Origin: Candidatus Multivoradales bacterium
Lineage (GTDB): Bacteria; Acidobacteriota; Thermoanaerobaculia; Multivoradales; J023
Length of the DNA stretch: 64,000 bases
Assembly (NCBI GenBank): GCA_965248925.1
Contig: CBDFLE010000006.1
Coordinates: forward strand, 2,080,001 to 2,144,000
Direction of reading: 5' to 3'
Shown here one piece after another: positions 29,276 through 38,994 of this stretch. The notes beneath the pieces were generated by a model. It ran no database searches, was not told the origin of the DNA, and saw only the letters and a program-made list of their open reading frames with translations. Both the position numbers and the translations under genes were made by a program. Numbering within the stretch: position 1 is the stretch's first letter; every line of letters starts with the position of its first letter.

Positions 29276-32110
29276 ATGAGTCTCAGAGCGCCATTTCACT
29301 GCCACTGGCACTTGCTGACGATCCTCGCAACGATCGTCGGACTGCTGGCCATTGCTTGCACCGAGCGCTCGCCAGCCACGGATCCAGCAGTCGACTCGCT
29401 GGCCGAGGGTTCCTGGCCCACCGAGTCACTAAACTCCGCCGCCGGTGCGACCAAGAAGCTCTTTCTCGATTCGATCCAAGGCGGCGCTTTGGACCCCGAG
29501 GCGGCGGCACAAATCTTCACCCAGGGCTTTCGCGGCGAGGACTTTCACCAGCGCCCGACCGACGACCCTCGAGTCGAGTCGGGGATCTCCCTGGCCGAAT
29601 GGCAGGCAACGGCGGCCGAGCTCGACGCGGCGACCTTCCACCAACGCTGGAATGCCTATCTCGCCAACCTCGGTGAAGTGCAGAGCGTCGAGATCCACAC
29701 CTGGGAGATCCAGCTGCGACCGCAAGCCGACGGCCAGGCTGGCCTGGAAACCCGAGAAGCGGTGTGGATCCTCAGTCAGTTGCCGGATGGCCGACTGCGC
29801 GAAGAGCGGCTCTACCTGATCATCGACCTGATTGAGCTGGCTGGCGATAGCGGCTGGCGAATCGCTAGCCTGCGCAGTGCCGATGGCCGCACCAGCATCG
29901 CCGCGGGGCCGTTCTTCCACGATGTCACCCACCGAGTGCTGCCTCCTGGTTTCGACCAGATCGGCGCCCAGATCTACACCGACGGCGGACCGGTGCTGGC
30001 CGACTTCGACGGCGACCACGATGTCGACCTCTTCATGCCCCGCCTGCACGCCCCGGCGAGGCTGTACGAAAACGACGGTTCGGGCCACTTCGAGGACGTC
30101 ACCACCCGCCGCGGCCTGGAACTCAACCTCCTGCGGCAGGGATCCAACAGCGGTCTGTTTCTCGATCTTGACCGCGATGGCCTGCTGGACTTGGTGATCG
30201 GCTCCAAAGAACATGGCCTGCTCCTACTGCGCAATGATGGCAACCGTTTCCACGACGCCACCGGCAGCGAGCCGCTGGCCGAGGCCGGTGATTGGGAGTC
30301 GCTGGCGGCGGCGGACTACGATGGCGACGGTTGGATCGATATCTACCTCACCCAATACAATCTGATCGATGCCGACCATCAACCCGAGAGCTACATCGAC
30401 GCCCAAGATGGCCGCCCCAACGTGCTGCTGCGCAATCTCGGAGGTGAAGGCACTACCTTCACTTTCGCAGATGTCACCACCGCCGCTGGCCTCAAACCGC
30501 AGAGCGAGCGCTGGAGCTATGCCGCCTCGTGGGCCGATTACGACCGCGATGGTGACCTCGATCTTTTCGTCGCCAACGACTACGGCCGCAACAGTCTGTA
30601 CCGCAACCGCGGCGGGGCCGCCGGTTTCGACGAAGTGGCTAGTGAGGTAGGCGCCGACGACCTGGGCAATGGCATGGGCGCCTCGTGGGCCGATCTCGAC
30701 GGCGATCTGTGGCTCGATCTCTACATCTCCAACATGCAGTCCTTCGCCGGCAACCGCATCACCCGGCTCGAGAACTTCCCCGGCTCGGACGCCGAACGCA
30801 CCCTCTACCGCCGCTTTTCCCAGGGCAACACCTTGCTGCACAATCTTGGCGACGGCACCTTTGAGGACGCCACTGAAGGCGCTGGCCTCCGCGGCGCCTT
30901 CTGGGCCTGGGGCAACTTGGCTTTCGACTACGACGCCGACGCCGACCTCGATATCTTCGTCTGCGGCGGTTTCTACACCGGTGTTTCGGCGAAAGACACG
31001 TGAAGCACCTTTTGGCGCCAGGTCATGGCGTCCGAGAGCAGCGGCCAGAGTCAGAACCGTGAGCAAGGCCATCGCAACCACTTCCGGATGTTGCAAGAAG
31101 AGGGTCTGTCGTGGAGCGGCCGCGAACCCAACACCCTGTTCCAGAACCGTGGTGTGGGTGCGGACGGCAACACCACTTTCGACGAGGTGGGCAACGTCCT
31201 CGGGGTCTACCTGCGTCTTGATAGCCGCGGCGCAGCGGTCGCCGATCTCGACGGCGATGGTGATCTCGACCTGGTGGTCTACAACCGCAACAACCCGACT
31301 TTGAAGATCTACCGCAACGACACCCACGGACAGGGCAATTTGGTGCTGGTCGATCTGCGTGGCAATGCTAGCGGCACGCTGGCGGCCGGCGCCCAAGCCG
31401 TACTTACCTGTGCCGGCGAGCAGCAACTCAGACAGGTGGAGATCGGCTCGGGCTTCCTTTCGCAGGGCCCACCGACGCTGCATTTCGGCCTCGCCGCTTG
31501 CCCGCAGATCTCCTCCATCGAGGTGCGCTGGCCCTCGGGCGAAGAGCAGCGCTGGCAGGACTTACCGGTCAATCAGCGGCTCACCCTGACCGAAGGCAGC
31601 GACGGTTTCACCGCCACACCTCTCGAACGACGCAACTATAATCGCAACGAGCTGGCGGTGGCGGCAGGGGAACTATCAGCACCTCGCCCCGACCTCAGCT
31701 TCGACCCCGTCGCTGGCGGCGAGTCGATCGCCCTGGCCGATCTCGACAACACTACCGTCGTGCTCAACTTCTGGGCCACCTGGTGTACCGCCTGCGTCGC
31801 CGAGATGCCCGAACTCGAGGAACTGCACCAGCGGTTCGGGCGGCGAGGAGTGCGCTTCTTCGGCATCTCCTTCGACGAAGGGCGGCCGCAAGCGGCGGTG
31901 CGTGAGTTTCTGGCCGAGCACGGCATCACCTACGAGCAGGTGTGGGGTAGTGTCGAGCAGCAGCAGCCCTTCGCCTCCCTCGGCGCCTCTCCACCGGGGG
32001 CCATCCCGCTGACCGCGATCCTCCATCGCGGCACCGTGCGCGACGTGCAGGTAGGGTCCTTCGATGGGCAAGCTATGGCCGAGTTGTTAGACAGATTGCT
32101 AGAAGAGTAG
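29276..32110 (+). CDS. FG-GAP/CRTAC1-ASPIC-UnbV lipoprotein with a C-terminal TlpA-like redoxin domain; probable selenoprotein (UGA at 31001-31003). Otherwise two ORFs, 29276-31003 and 31025-32110
   Basis: Lipobox LAIA-C; many DxDxDGxxD repeats; the TGA is in frame with the downstream ORF (KDT-U-STFWRQVM); ASPIC/UnbV 'GSGFLSQ...LHFGL...IEVRWPSG'; 'NFWATWCTAC'. Confidence 0.75.
31001..31038 (+). promoter_or_regulatory. Candidate bacterial SECIS element
   Basis: UGA, 10 nt, then stem GGCGCCA / loop GGUCA / UGGCGUC, extendable by UUUU:GAGA pairs; loop GGUC lies at +18..+21 after the UGA. Confidence 0.7.
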
Positions 32111-32155
32111 CTCACAGAACACCACCCCGATCCAAGCACTGAGGAAGCCACCGCC

Positions 32156-35100
32156 GTGCAGCCAACCCCTAACGCTGGCCACTGGCCATCCTTGACTTCC
32201 TTCAGCAGGGCTGCCTGCGCCACCCTGCTGCTGGTGTTCGTCGCCTGCGCCCCGCCCGAGCCACAAACCGATCTCGCCTCGGTGCGCGCCCTACTGGCCC
32301 GCGGCGTGGCCCATGCTGAGATCGACCAGTGGGCCAAGGCCCTGGAACTCTTCCAGCAAGCCGCCGAGCTGGCTCCCGAAGAACCGGTTGCCGCCTACGA
32401 TTTGGGATTGGCCCTGTTCCGCACCGGCGACCGGCAAGCGGCCCGAGAATGGCTCGACCGCGCCCAGGCGAACGCCCCAGCCGACCTCGGGGCACGTATC
32501 GAGCTACTGCGAGGCAAGCTGGCCTACGAAGACGGTAACGACCCGCAAGAACTCGAAGCCCACCGCCGCGCCAGCAGTCTTGATCCGGAAGAAGCTGCCT
32601 ACGCCCACGCTTTGGCGCAGCTCTATCTGCGACTCGGCGCAGAGGAAAAATATGGCGTACAGGTCGAGCAAGCACATCGCCTGTGGCCCAACAACGCTTA
32701 CCTGGCCACTGAGGCCGCGCTCTGGCGCCTCGACCAAAGCGACCTCAGGGTCCGTCGCCAAGGGATGGCGCTACTAGAAACACTGGCTGCCCGCAGTCCC
32801 CGCGATGAGATCAACGCCTACCTGGAGAAGGGGCGCCTTCAGCTCGAAGCGAAGCCGACCCCCGCCAAGGTGCCCACGCCACTGCGCATCGTGGCCAACC
32901 TGCTGCGTCCCACCAAGTCTTTCCGGAGCGACGCGGCGGAGCTTCAGGCCCGCCTTGAGCCCACCCCGCTGAGCGACCCGACACAGCCCGCGACCGTCAC
33001 CGAGGTTTCGCCAGCCCTCTCTCCGGAGGTGAGCTTCGCCACCGCGGCCCTGGTCCCGGCTCTGCCCTTGGCGGCCGGCGAGAAGATACTGGCGGCAGTG
33101 CTGGTCGACGACTCGACCGCCCACCGCCCCAGCGCGGCGCGCGACGCCGGCATCGCCATCGTCGGTGACCGCGGGCTCTACATGCTGGCTCGAGGTGCCG
33201 CGGCTTTCCAAACACTGGCCGAGATTCCCGGCGAAGTTCACCAGCTGCTCGCTGGTGATGTCAACGACGACGAACGCATGGAGTTGCTGCTGCTCACCGC
33301 TAGTGGTCCGCGGCTGTGGGGCCGCGACGACGCTGGCGAATGGGCCGAGGTCCCCCTCGACGAACAGCTCAGCAGCACCGTCCTGCAACGTGGTTTATTG
33401 GTTGACTTCGAGCACGATGGCGACCTCGACCTGCTGGCCACCGACCCGGCAGGCGCTCTAGTGCTCGTGACCCACCGAGGCGAAGCCGGATTCGGCCCGC
33501 CCACCCCCGCACCCTTGCCAGTCACCACCCCGATTCGGCGTTTGACCTCAACTGACCTTGACGGCGATGCCGACCAAGATTTGGTGCTGGCGAGCGCCAC
33601 AGAGTTGTTGATCCTGCGCAATTGGCGCCAGGGTGAGTTCGCTCTCCAGAGCCGTTTGCCGCTAGCCGAGAATGGACTTCCCCAACAGCTGCTGGCACTC
33701 GACTACAACGCCGACAGCCACCTGGACATCATCGCGCTGCTCACCGAGGGTGTCACCTGCTGGCGCGGCGACGGCCAAGCCGGCCTGCACGCCGATCCGC
33801 AAGCAATGGGGGCCACGACCGATCTTGCCGACCAAGGACAGCCGGCGCACCTCACGGTTGCCGACCTCGACCTCGACGGCGATCTAGACCTACTGCTCGC
33901 CGGCCTCTCGACAACATCACGAGACTCTGCCCTGATGGCATTGATCAACGACGGCCAAGGGCGGTTCACAGCGCGCAGCGACTTGGTCGCAGAACACGAG
34001 ACAGGCAGCAGCGGCGCCATCGTCCTCGACCTCGACGGCGACCACGATCCAGATCTACTCTCCTGGAGCGACTCTGGATCGCTGCAAGCTCTGCGCGGCA
34101 GCGGCGCCGAGGGGCAGCGGTGGTTGCGGCTGCGGCTCCGCGCGCCGGGCCGCAAAGTACCTCGCGACGGGCGCGGTGTCCGCATCCAAGTGGTGGCCGG
34201 CGACCGCATCCAATGGCTAGAGCCACAGCGCCCCAACCTCACTTTGGGACTCGGCCAAGCCCGGCCCGCGCTGATCAAGGCGACCTGGCCCAACGGCATC
34301 AGCGAATACCTCTTCGAACCCGAACCGGAGACCGAGCACATCTTGGAGTTGTCACTGCGAGTCGAAGGCTCGTGCCCCTTCCTCTATGCCTCCGACGGCC
34401 AAGAACTACGCTTCATCACCGACATTCTGGGCCTCGCTCCAGTCGGCATGCTGGCCACCGCCGACACCTACGTACCAGCCGATCCCGAAGAGTATCTGCG
34501 CCTTCCGAGGTGGGTGGCACCTCAGAATGGGGTACTCGAACTAGTGATCACCGAAGAGCTGCGCGAGGTCCTGATTCTTGACCAGGCTGAGCTGGTGGCG
34601 GTCGACGCCAAGCCCCAGGTCGAGGTCTACAACGGCGAGAAATGGCTGATGGACTCGGTGCGCGGCCTTGAGCTGCGCCTGATGAGCCCTTTCGCCGCCC
34701 CGGCCTCGGTCCGTGATGACCGCGGCCGCGAAGTGCTCGAGATAGTGCGCCAGCGCGACGAGCGATACCTGACCAACCATCGCGGCCCCAACCGCTACCA
34801 GGGCGCGGTGACACCGCACCAGCTGACCATTGAACTGCCAACGGCCACCGCCGCCGCCGAACACCCAGCGCTGGTGCTGGTCGGCTGGCTGCATTGGGCC
34901 AACACCAGCACCAACGTGGCCCGCTCCCAAGACCCGCAGGGGGCGCCAATCTTCCCCTACCTCGAAGTACCCGACGGCGCCGGTGGTTGGCGGCGGACGA
35001 CGGTACCGGTCGGCCTACCGGCGGGCAAAACCAAGCCGGTGGTGGTCGATCTCAGCGGCATGCTCGACCCCGCGGACCCACGGCTGCGCATCACCACCGA

Positions 35101-35722
35101 CTTCGAGGTCTACTGGGACCTGATCGCCAGCGCTTCCCTATTGTCGCCGGAGGCAACCCCCCATCACCTCCACCGCCTGGCGCCGAGCAGTGCCGAGCTA
35201 CGTTGGAGCGGTTTCTCGCGCTGGTTCAGGACCGCCGCCAACGGTCCCTACCTCTTCGACTACCAAGACCGCCGCCCCTACCCCTGGCGCACCGACGCCG
35301 CCGGCCAGGAAGTAGTGCTCTCGTGGCAAGAGCACGAGGGCTACTACACCGCCTTCGGACCGGTCGATAGGTTACTGGCCCGAGCCGACGATTCCAGTGT
35401 CGTTCTGGGATCCGGCGAAGAACTCAGACTGAGCTTCGATGTGGCCTCCCTGCCACCCCTGCCCACCGGCTGGCAGCGTACTTACTTCCTACACTCCGAA
35501 GGCTGGGAAAAAGACGGTGATCCCAACGTCTCCTGCTCCCAAACCGTCGAGCCCTTGCCCTACCGCGGCATGACCCGAGATCCTTGCTCCGGCCGCTCGG
35601 TAGCGTCTGATGTGGCCGGTGCGCCGCGGACCCGCTGGGTCGGGCGGGATCGCTTGCAGCGGCGGGTGGGGGCGTGGGGGGACCGGGCCACGCTGCCCGG
35701 ACAAACCAACGCCGGGCGGTAG
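32156..35722 (+). CDS. TPR + FG-GAP repeat + ASPIC/UnbV-like large lipoprotein
   Basis: Lipobox FVA-C; N-terminal TPRs; repeated 'DLDLDGDLDL'; 'GSCPFLY', 'ITEELRE...DQ', 'PAGKTK', 'GWEKDGDPN'. Confidence 0.88.
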   Translation: MQPTPNAGHWPSLTSFSRAACATLLLVFVACAPPEPQTDLASVRALLARGVAHAEIDQWAKALELFQQAAELAPEEPVAAYDLGLALFRTGDRQAAREWLDRAQANAPADLGARIELLRGKLAYEDGNDPQELEAHRRASSLDPEEAAYAHALAQLYLRLGAEEKYGVQVEQAHRLWPNNAYLATEAALWRLDQSDLRVRRQGMALLETLAARSPRDEINAYLEKGRLQLEAKPTPAKVPTPLRIVANLLRPTKSFRSDAAELQARLEPTPLSDPTQPATVTEVSPALSPEVSFATAALVPALPLAAGEKILAAVLVDDSTAHRPSAARDAGIAIVGDRGLYMLARGAAAFQTLAEIPGEVHQLLAGDVNDDERMELLLLTASGPRLWGRDDAGEWAEVPLDEQLSSTVLQRGLLVDFEHDGDLDLLATDPAGALVLVTHRGEAGFGPPTPAPLPVTTPIRRLTSTDLDGDADQDLVLASATELLILRNWRQGEFALQSRLPLAENGLPQQLLALDYNADSHLDIIALLTEGVTCWRGDGQAGLHADPQAMGATTDLADQGQPAHLTVADLDLDGDLDLLLAGLSTTSRDSALMALINDGQGRFTARSDLVAEHETGSSGAIVLDLDGDHDPDLLSWSDSGSLQALRGSGAEGQRWLRLRLRAPGRKVPRDGRGVRIQVVAGDRIQWLEPQRPNLTLGLGQARPALIKATWPNGISEYLFEPEPETEHILELSLRVEGSCPFLYASDGQELRFITDILGLAPVGMLATADTYVPADPEEYLRLPRWVAPQNGVLELVITEELREVLILDQAELVAVDAKPQVEVYNGEKWLMDSVRGLELRLMSPFAAPASVRDDRGREVLEIVRQRDERYLTNHRGPNRYQGAVTPHQLTIELPTATAAAEHPALVLVGWLHWANTSTNVARSQDPQGAPIFPYLEVPDGAGGWRRTTVPVGLPAGKTKPVVVDLSGMLDPADPRLRITTDFEVYWDLIASASLLSPEATPHHLHRLAPSSAELRWSGFSRWFRTAANGPYLFDYQDRRPYPWRTDAAGQEVVLSWQEHEGYYTAFGPVDRLLARADDSSVVLGSGEELRLSFDVASLPPLPTGWQRTYFLHSEGWEKDGDPNVSCSQTVEPLPYRGMTRDPCSGRSVASDVAGAPRTRWVGRDRLQRRVGAWGDRATLPGQTNAGR
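35432..35690 (+). repeat. Copy 1 of a ~260-bp diverged direct repeat (3' end of the TPR/FG-GAP gene)
   Basis: Aligns with 38077-38335, e.g. agcttcgatgtggcctccctgcc...cactccgaaggctggg...gggcgggatcgcttgcagcg. Confidence 0.85.
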
Positions 35723-35827
35723 GCGCCGTCACTGCAGCTTTGTTCGAGTGCGGTACGCTATACTGAAGTCTGTGGTTTGCAGCCGCCGTAGGAACGGGAT
35801 TCCACGGATCAAACCGGAAAGATTACG

Positions 35828-36109
35828 ATGAAGAAAGAGACGATCTCATTCGAAGTATCCCAAGATCTGCTGGCTTCTTTGAAGCTCGGCTCCACCGCCC
35901 TTGCTCGGAGTATCCGTCTGCTCGCCGCCATCGCCTACTTTCGCAACAAGAAGCTGTCCCTGGGCAAAGCCGCACAGCTCGCGGGCCTCAACCGGCTGCA
36001 CTTCATGGACGTGCTGGCCAAGGAAGGCGTCGTGGTCTTCGACTATGACGAATCAGTGCTGGCCAGCGATCTCGAAGGGATCACTCGACTGAGACCTGAC
36101 TCGGCGTGA
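35828..36109 (+). CDS. UPF0175 family putative antitoxin
   Basis: 'LSLGKAAQLAGLNRLHFMDVLAKEGV'; GTGA overlap with the PIN gene. Confidence 0.8.
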   Translation: MKKETISFEVSQDLLASLKLGSTALARSIRLLAAIAYFRNKKLSLGKAAQLAGLNRLHFMDVLAKEGVVVFDYDESVLASDLEGITRLRPDSA

Positions 36110-36588
36110 TCATCAGTAACGCAACGCCCCTGATTGCCTTCTCGCGCATCGGTCGACTCGACTTGCTTCGTGAGACGCTCGCGGAGCCGCTAGTGATTCC
36201 GGCGGCGGTAGCCAGTGAGATCTCGGACTATGAGAAGGGTGAACCAGGTAGCATCGACCTGACACCTGAGACCTGGATCCAGACGCGGTCCGTCCAGGAC
36301 GAGCTGCAGGTGAGCTTGCTACTGCCAACTCTAGATCGTGGAGAGGCCGAGGTGATCGCGCTGGGCCTGGAGCAGCAGGCCAGACTGGTGCTCCTTGACG
36401 AGCTGGCCGGCCGCAAGGTAGCCGAGTCCCTGGGATTGAGGATAACCGGCTCGGTCGGAGTCTTGATCAGGGCCAAGCAACTCGGCGAGATTACGACGAT
36501 CAAGCCACTGCTCGAGCACATGGTGCGCGAGGGCCTGTACTTCAGCCAAAGATTCCTCGATGCCGTGCTCCATCAGGTTGGGGAGTGA
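36106..36588 (+). CDS. DUF3368-type PIN domain toxin
   Basis: 'IISNATPLIAFSRIGRLDLL', 'LDRGEAEVIAL', 'LLDELAGRKVA...TGSVGVL'. Confidence 0.85.
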   Translation: MIISNATPLIAFSRIGRLDLLRETLAEPLVIPAAVASEISDYEKGEPGSIDLTPETWIQTRSVQDELQVSLLLPTLDRGEAEVIALGLEQQARLVLLDELAGRKVAESLGLRITGSVGVLIRAKQLGEITTIKPLLEHMVREGLYFSQRFLDAVLHQVGE

Positions 36589-37166
36589 ATCACTATTTGG
36601 GCCGCCACGTACTAGTACAGGCACCGAGATCCCTGGTGCTCGCTGGCTGTTGGACTGGGGCGGCAGAGCGGCTGGACGCAAACGCCGCGCCGTTGCAGCC
36701 GTTGCCGCAGGGGAAGTCATGAGAAACGACTGGTCCTGCCGGCCGTGGGCAGATCTCGCGCGACACCAGTCTCAGAGACGATCTCGTTCGCCGGGCTCTA
36801 CATCAAGCACTTCCTTGAGGACCGCCAGCAGCTGGACGCGGCTGCAGCGCCCAAGGAAGCGGACGCAGGGACTAGAGAAGGAACGGGGCGAGGGCTGAAC
36901 CCTCGCCCCTAGAGATATGTGCGACCGGGGCAAGCAAGGACGCAGTATCTCTGCGCGTTGCCTATCGGCCGCTGGTAACTTTAGGTGGGGTTTCATGAGT
37001 GAACCCCTTGCACTTGCTTCGGAGTGTTAAACGCCGTAAGCTGCAAGCGCAATTTGCCCAACGGCGCGCTCGCGCGCCCTCCGGGCCGCCAAAGCCTGAA
37101 ACCGTTGAAAAGTTCTTCAGGCTGGCATAGTTAGCAGGACTGGGTCGGCCTCAGGGCCGGCCCTCT

Positions 37167-37676
37167 TCACGTCTTCCACATGCTGATCTCCTCGGTCGAA
37201 GACAGGCGGTATTGGTGTGCAACCCCGCCTTGATCTACCTCCATGACTTCATCCCGAACTAGGCGCCCGATTACCGTCTTGATCGAGTTCTTATGTACAT
37301 CCCTGCCTACTTCTTCGCTGACCGCATTTCGCATATCAGTGCGGGTGAACCATCTACCTTCGAAGCGCTGTTGTGCTATCTCGGGAATCAGCCGACTCAA
37401 ATACCCACGCGGGAGAGTACCTTTCGGCGTTAGCTCCAGCTTCACCCGCCCAGATATTGGCCCGGCAGATGAGGAGGACTTCGTCTCGAAGCCTTCTTCG
37501 AAGGCGTCGGTCTGGCCAAGGCCGAGCGCCCGCCGAACATCGGCGTCTCGTTCAAGCTCCTACAACTCCGCCTCCAGCTCGCGGTACCGCCGATCCACGT
37601 CCGCATACCTGGCTAGCTTCTCTGTGATATTCCGGGCTCTCTTGAAGCGTTCATCACGGGTTCCAAAGTCGGTCAT
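37167..37676 (-). pseudogene. Coiled-coil + winged-helix-like DNA-binding protein interrupted by an in-frame TAG
   Basis: GGAGGA RBS before ATG 37676; MTDFGTRDERF...ELEAEL*ELERDAD (TAG at 37562-37560), continuing in frame into the 37167-37445 ORF ('FTRTDMRNAVSEE...KNSIKTVIGRLVRDE'). Confidence 0.55.
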
Positions 37677-38076
37677 GATGTCCTCCATTTTTTAGCGAGC
37701 CCAAAGTGTCATGTCCCCCTTACGTACCGCAAGTAGAGCTACGATTGGTGTACTAGAAGGGGGTCACAAGACACGAGCCCCTGTGGGTGGGTAGGGGGGG
37801 GTACCCATCGGGAGCCTTCACGAGGGATTGAAATCCCTCGCTAGGGTGTGACGTCGCTGACGGGACGAAGAGCAAGGCACCTGTTTTCAGGTGTTTGTGG
37901 ATTCTCCGAGACATCGCAGAGGTAACGAGACACCGCAAGCGAAGCTGGCGGCAGTCGGCACCAAGCTCAAAGTCAAGGGTGTCAATGTCGAGCACCGGCT
38001 GAGTGATCCGCTGCTCGACCTGCTCTTGCCCCGGCTATGCCTCTTCGCTATCCCACCTCGGACCACCACGGCTGTA

Positions 38077-38335
38077 AGCTTCGACGTGGCCTCCCTGCCG
38101 CCGCTATCCACCGGCTGTTAGCGCACCTACATCCTGCACTCCGAAGGCTGGGTGAAAGAAGGCGGCCCTAACGTGTCCTGCTCCCGCACCCTCGAGCCCC
38201 TGCCCTACTGCGGCACGGTCGACGCCCCCTGCTCAGACTACGAGGCTGCACCTGGCTCGACACCGTCGGCTCGGACGCGCTGGGTTGGGCGGGATCGCTT
38301 GCAGCGACGGGTGGGGGGCGTGGGTGGACAAAGCC
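38077..38335 (+). pseudogene. Degenerate duplicate of the 3' end of the TPR/FG-GAP gene (copy 2 of the repeat)
   Basis: SFDVASLPPLSTGC*RTYILHSEGWVKEGGPNVSCSRTLEPLPY...RTRWVGRDRLQRRVG. Confidence 0.85.
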
Positions 38336-38402
38336 GCGGTGGCCGGACACGTCAAGGCCGAGCGACAGAAGCCGTCACGGCCCGCGGCTCTCGCAGGGGC
38401 GG

Positions 38403-38732
38403 CTAATCCGAGTCGCCGAGACCAGAGCGTCGTTCAACTTTCCACAACGCCACGAGATCGCGGGCGCCGTGAATCAGACCCAGGATGTAGATCTTCTTTT
38501 CGCGAATCTCATAGAGCAACCGGTAGTTGCCAACCAGAAGTTCTCGAACGCTGGGCTCCCGGAGTTCAGGAACCACTCGACAGCGATGTGCCAGCTCATC
38601 GAGCGAGCGAGCCTGGCTGCGGATGCTCTCGACAAAGGCCGCGGCCTAGCCTGGCGAATCCTCGGCGATGTAGTCGGCGGTGTGCTCGAGATCCCGCCAA
38701 GCTGTCTCGGTCCAGACTACTTGTCGAGCCAT
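38403..38732 (-). pseudogene. RelE/ParE family toxin with an internal TAG
   Basis: MARQVVWTETAWRDLEHTADYIAEDSPG*AAAFV...RVVPELREPSVRELLVGNYRLLYEI...ILGLIHGARD; stop at 38648-38646. Not in the ORF track. Confidence 0.8.
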
Positions 38733-38905
38733 CGAGCCATCCGGCGCTCGACATCAACCTGTGGGATCACCCGCCCAGCTTTGACGTCTTGGCGGCCCCG
38801 CTCAATGCGCTGGAGGACGTAGAGGTGGTACTGGATGTCTTCTAGCGAAGTCTCCTCGGGCAAAGTGTCGAGGATCTTCTGAGTTGCCTGTTTCGCGCTC
38901 GCCAT
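38717..38905 (-). CDS. Putative antitoxin (ParD-like addiction-module component)
   Basis: 'LDTLPEETSLEDIQYHLYVLQRIERGRQDVKAGRVIP'; overlaps the ParE gene; TATGAT -10 element 7 nt before the ATG (leaderless). Confidence 0.78.
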   Translation of the reverse strand: MASAKQATQKILDTLPEETSLEDIQYHLYVLQRIERGRQDVKAGRVIPQVDVERRMARWLDK

Positions 38906-38994
38906 AGGTTTCATCATACCGCCAATTCAGCAGCCCCTCAGGGTTGTCTCCGGTTGAATTCTGATCAACCGCGATCTGTGCCAGCAGACCTCCG

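Noticed and set aside
37810-37910. Possible tRNA or tRNA fragment (T-arm-like gagggatttcaatccctc and a ctgaaaa loop on the minus strand)
   Set aside because: No consistent cloverleaf, acceptor stem or 7-nt anticodon loop can be built.
16360-38648. Several in-frame TAG codons (16360, 37560, 38119, 38646) suggesting amber recoding or pyrrolysine
   Set aside because: TAG is the normal stop of many intact genes here (e.g. ending at 6878, 13478, 14879, 26171, 32110, 35722, 57522). The affected loci lie in decaying regions, some with other lesions, so these are best read as nonsense mutations.
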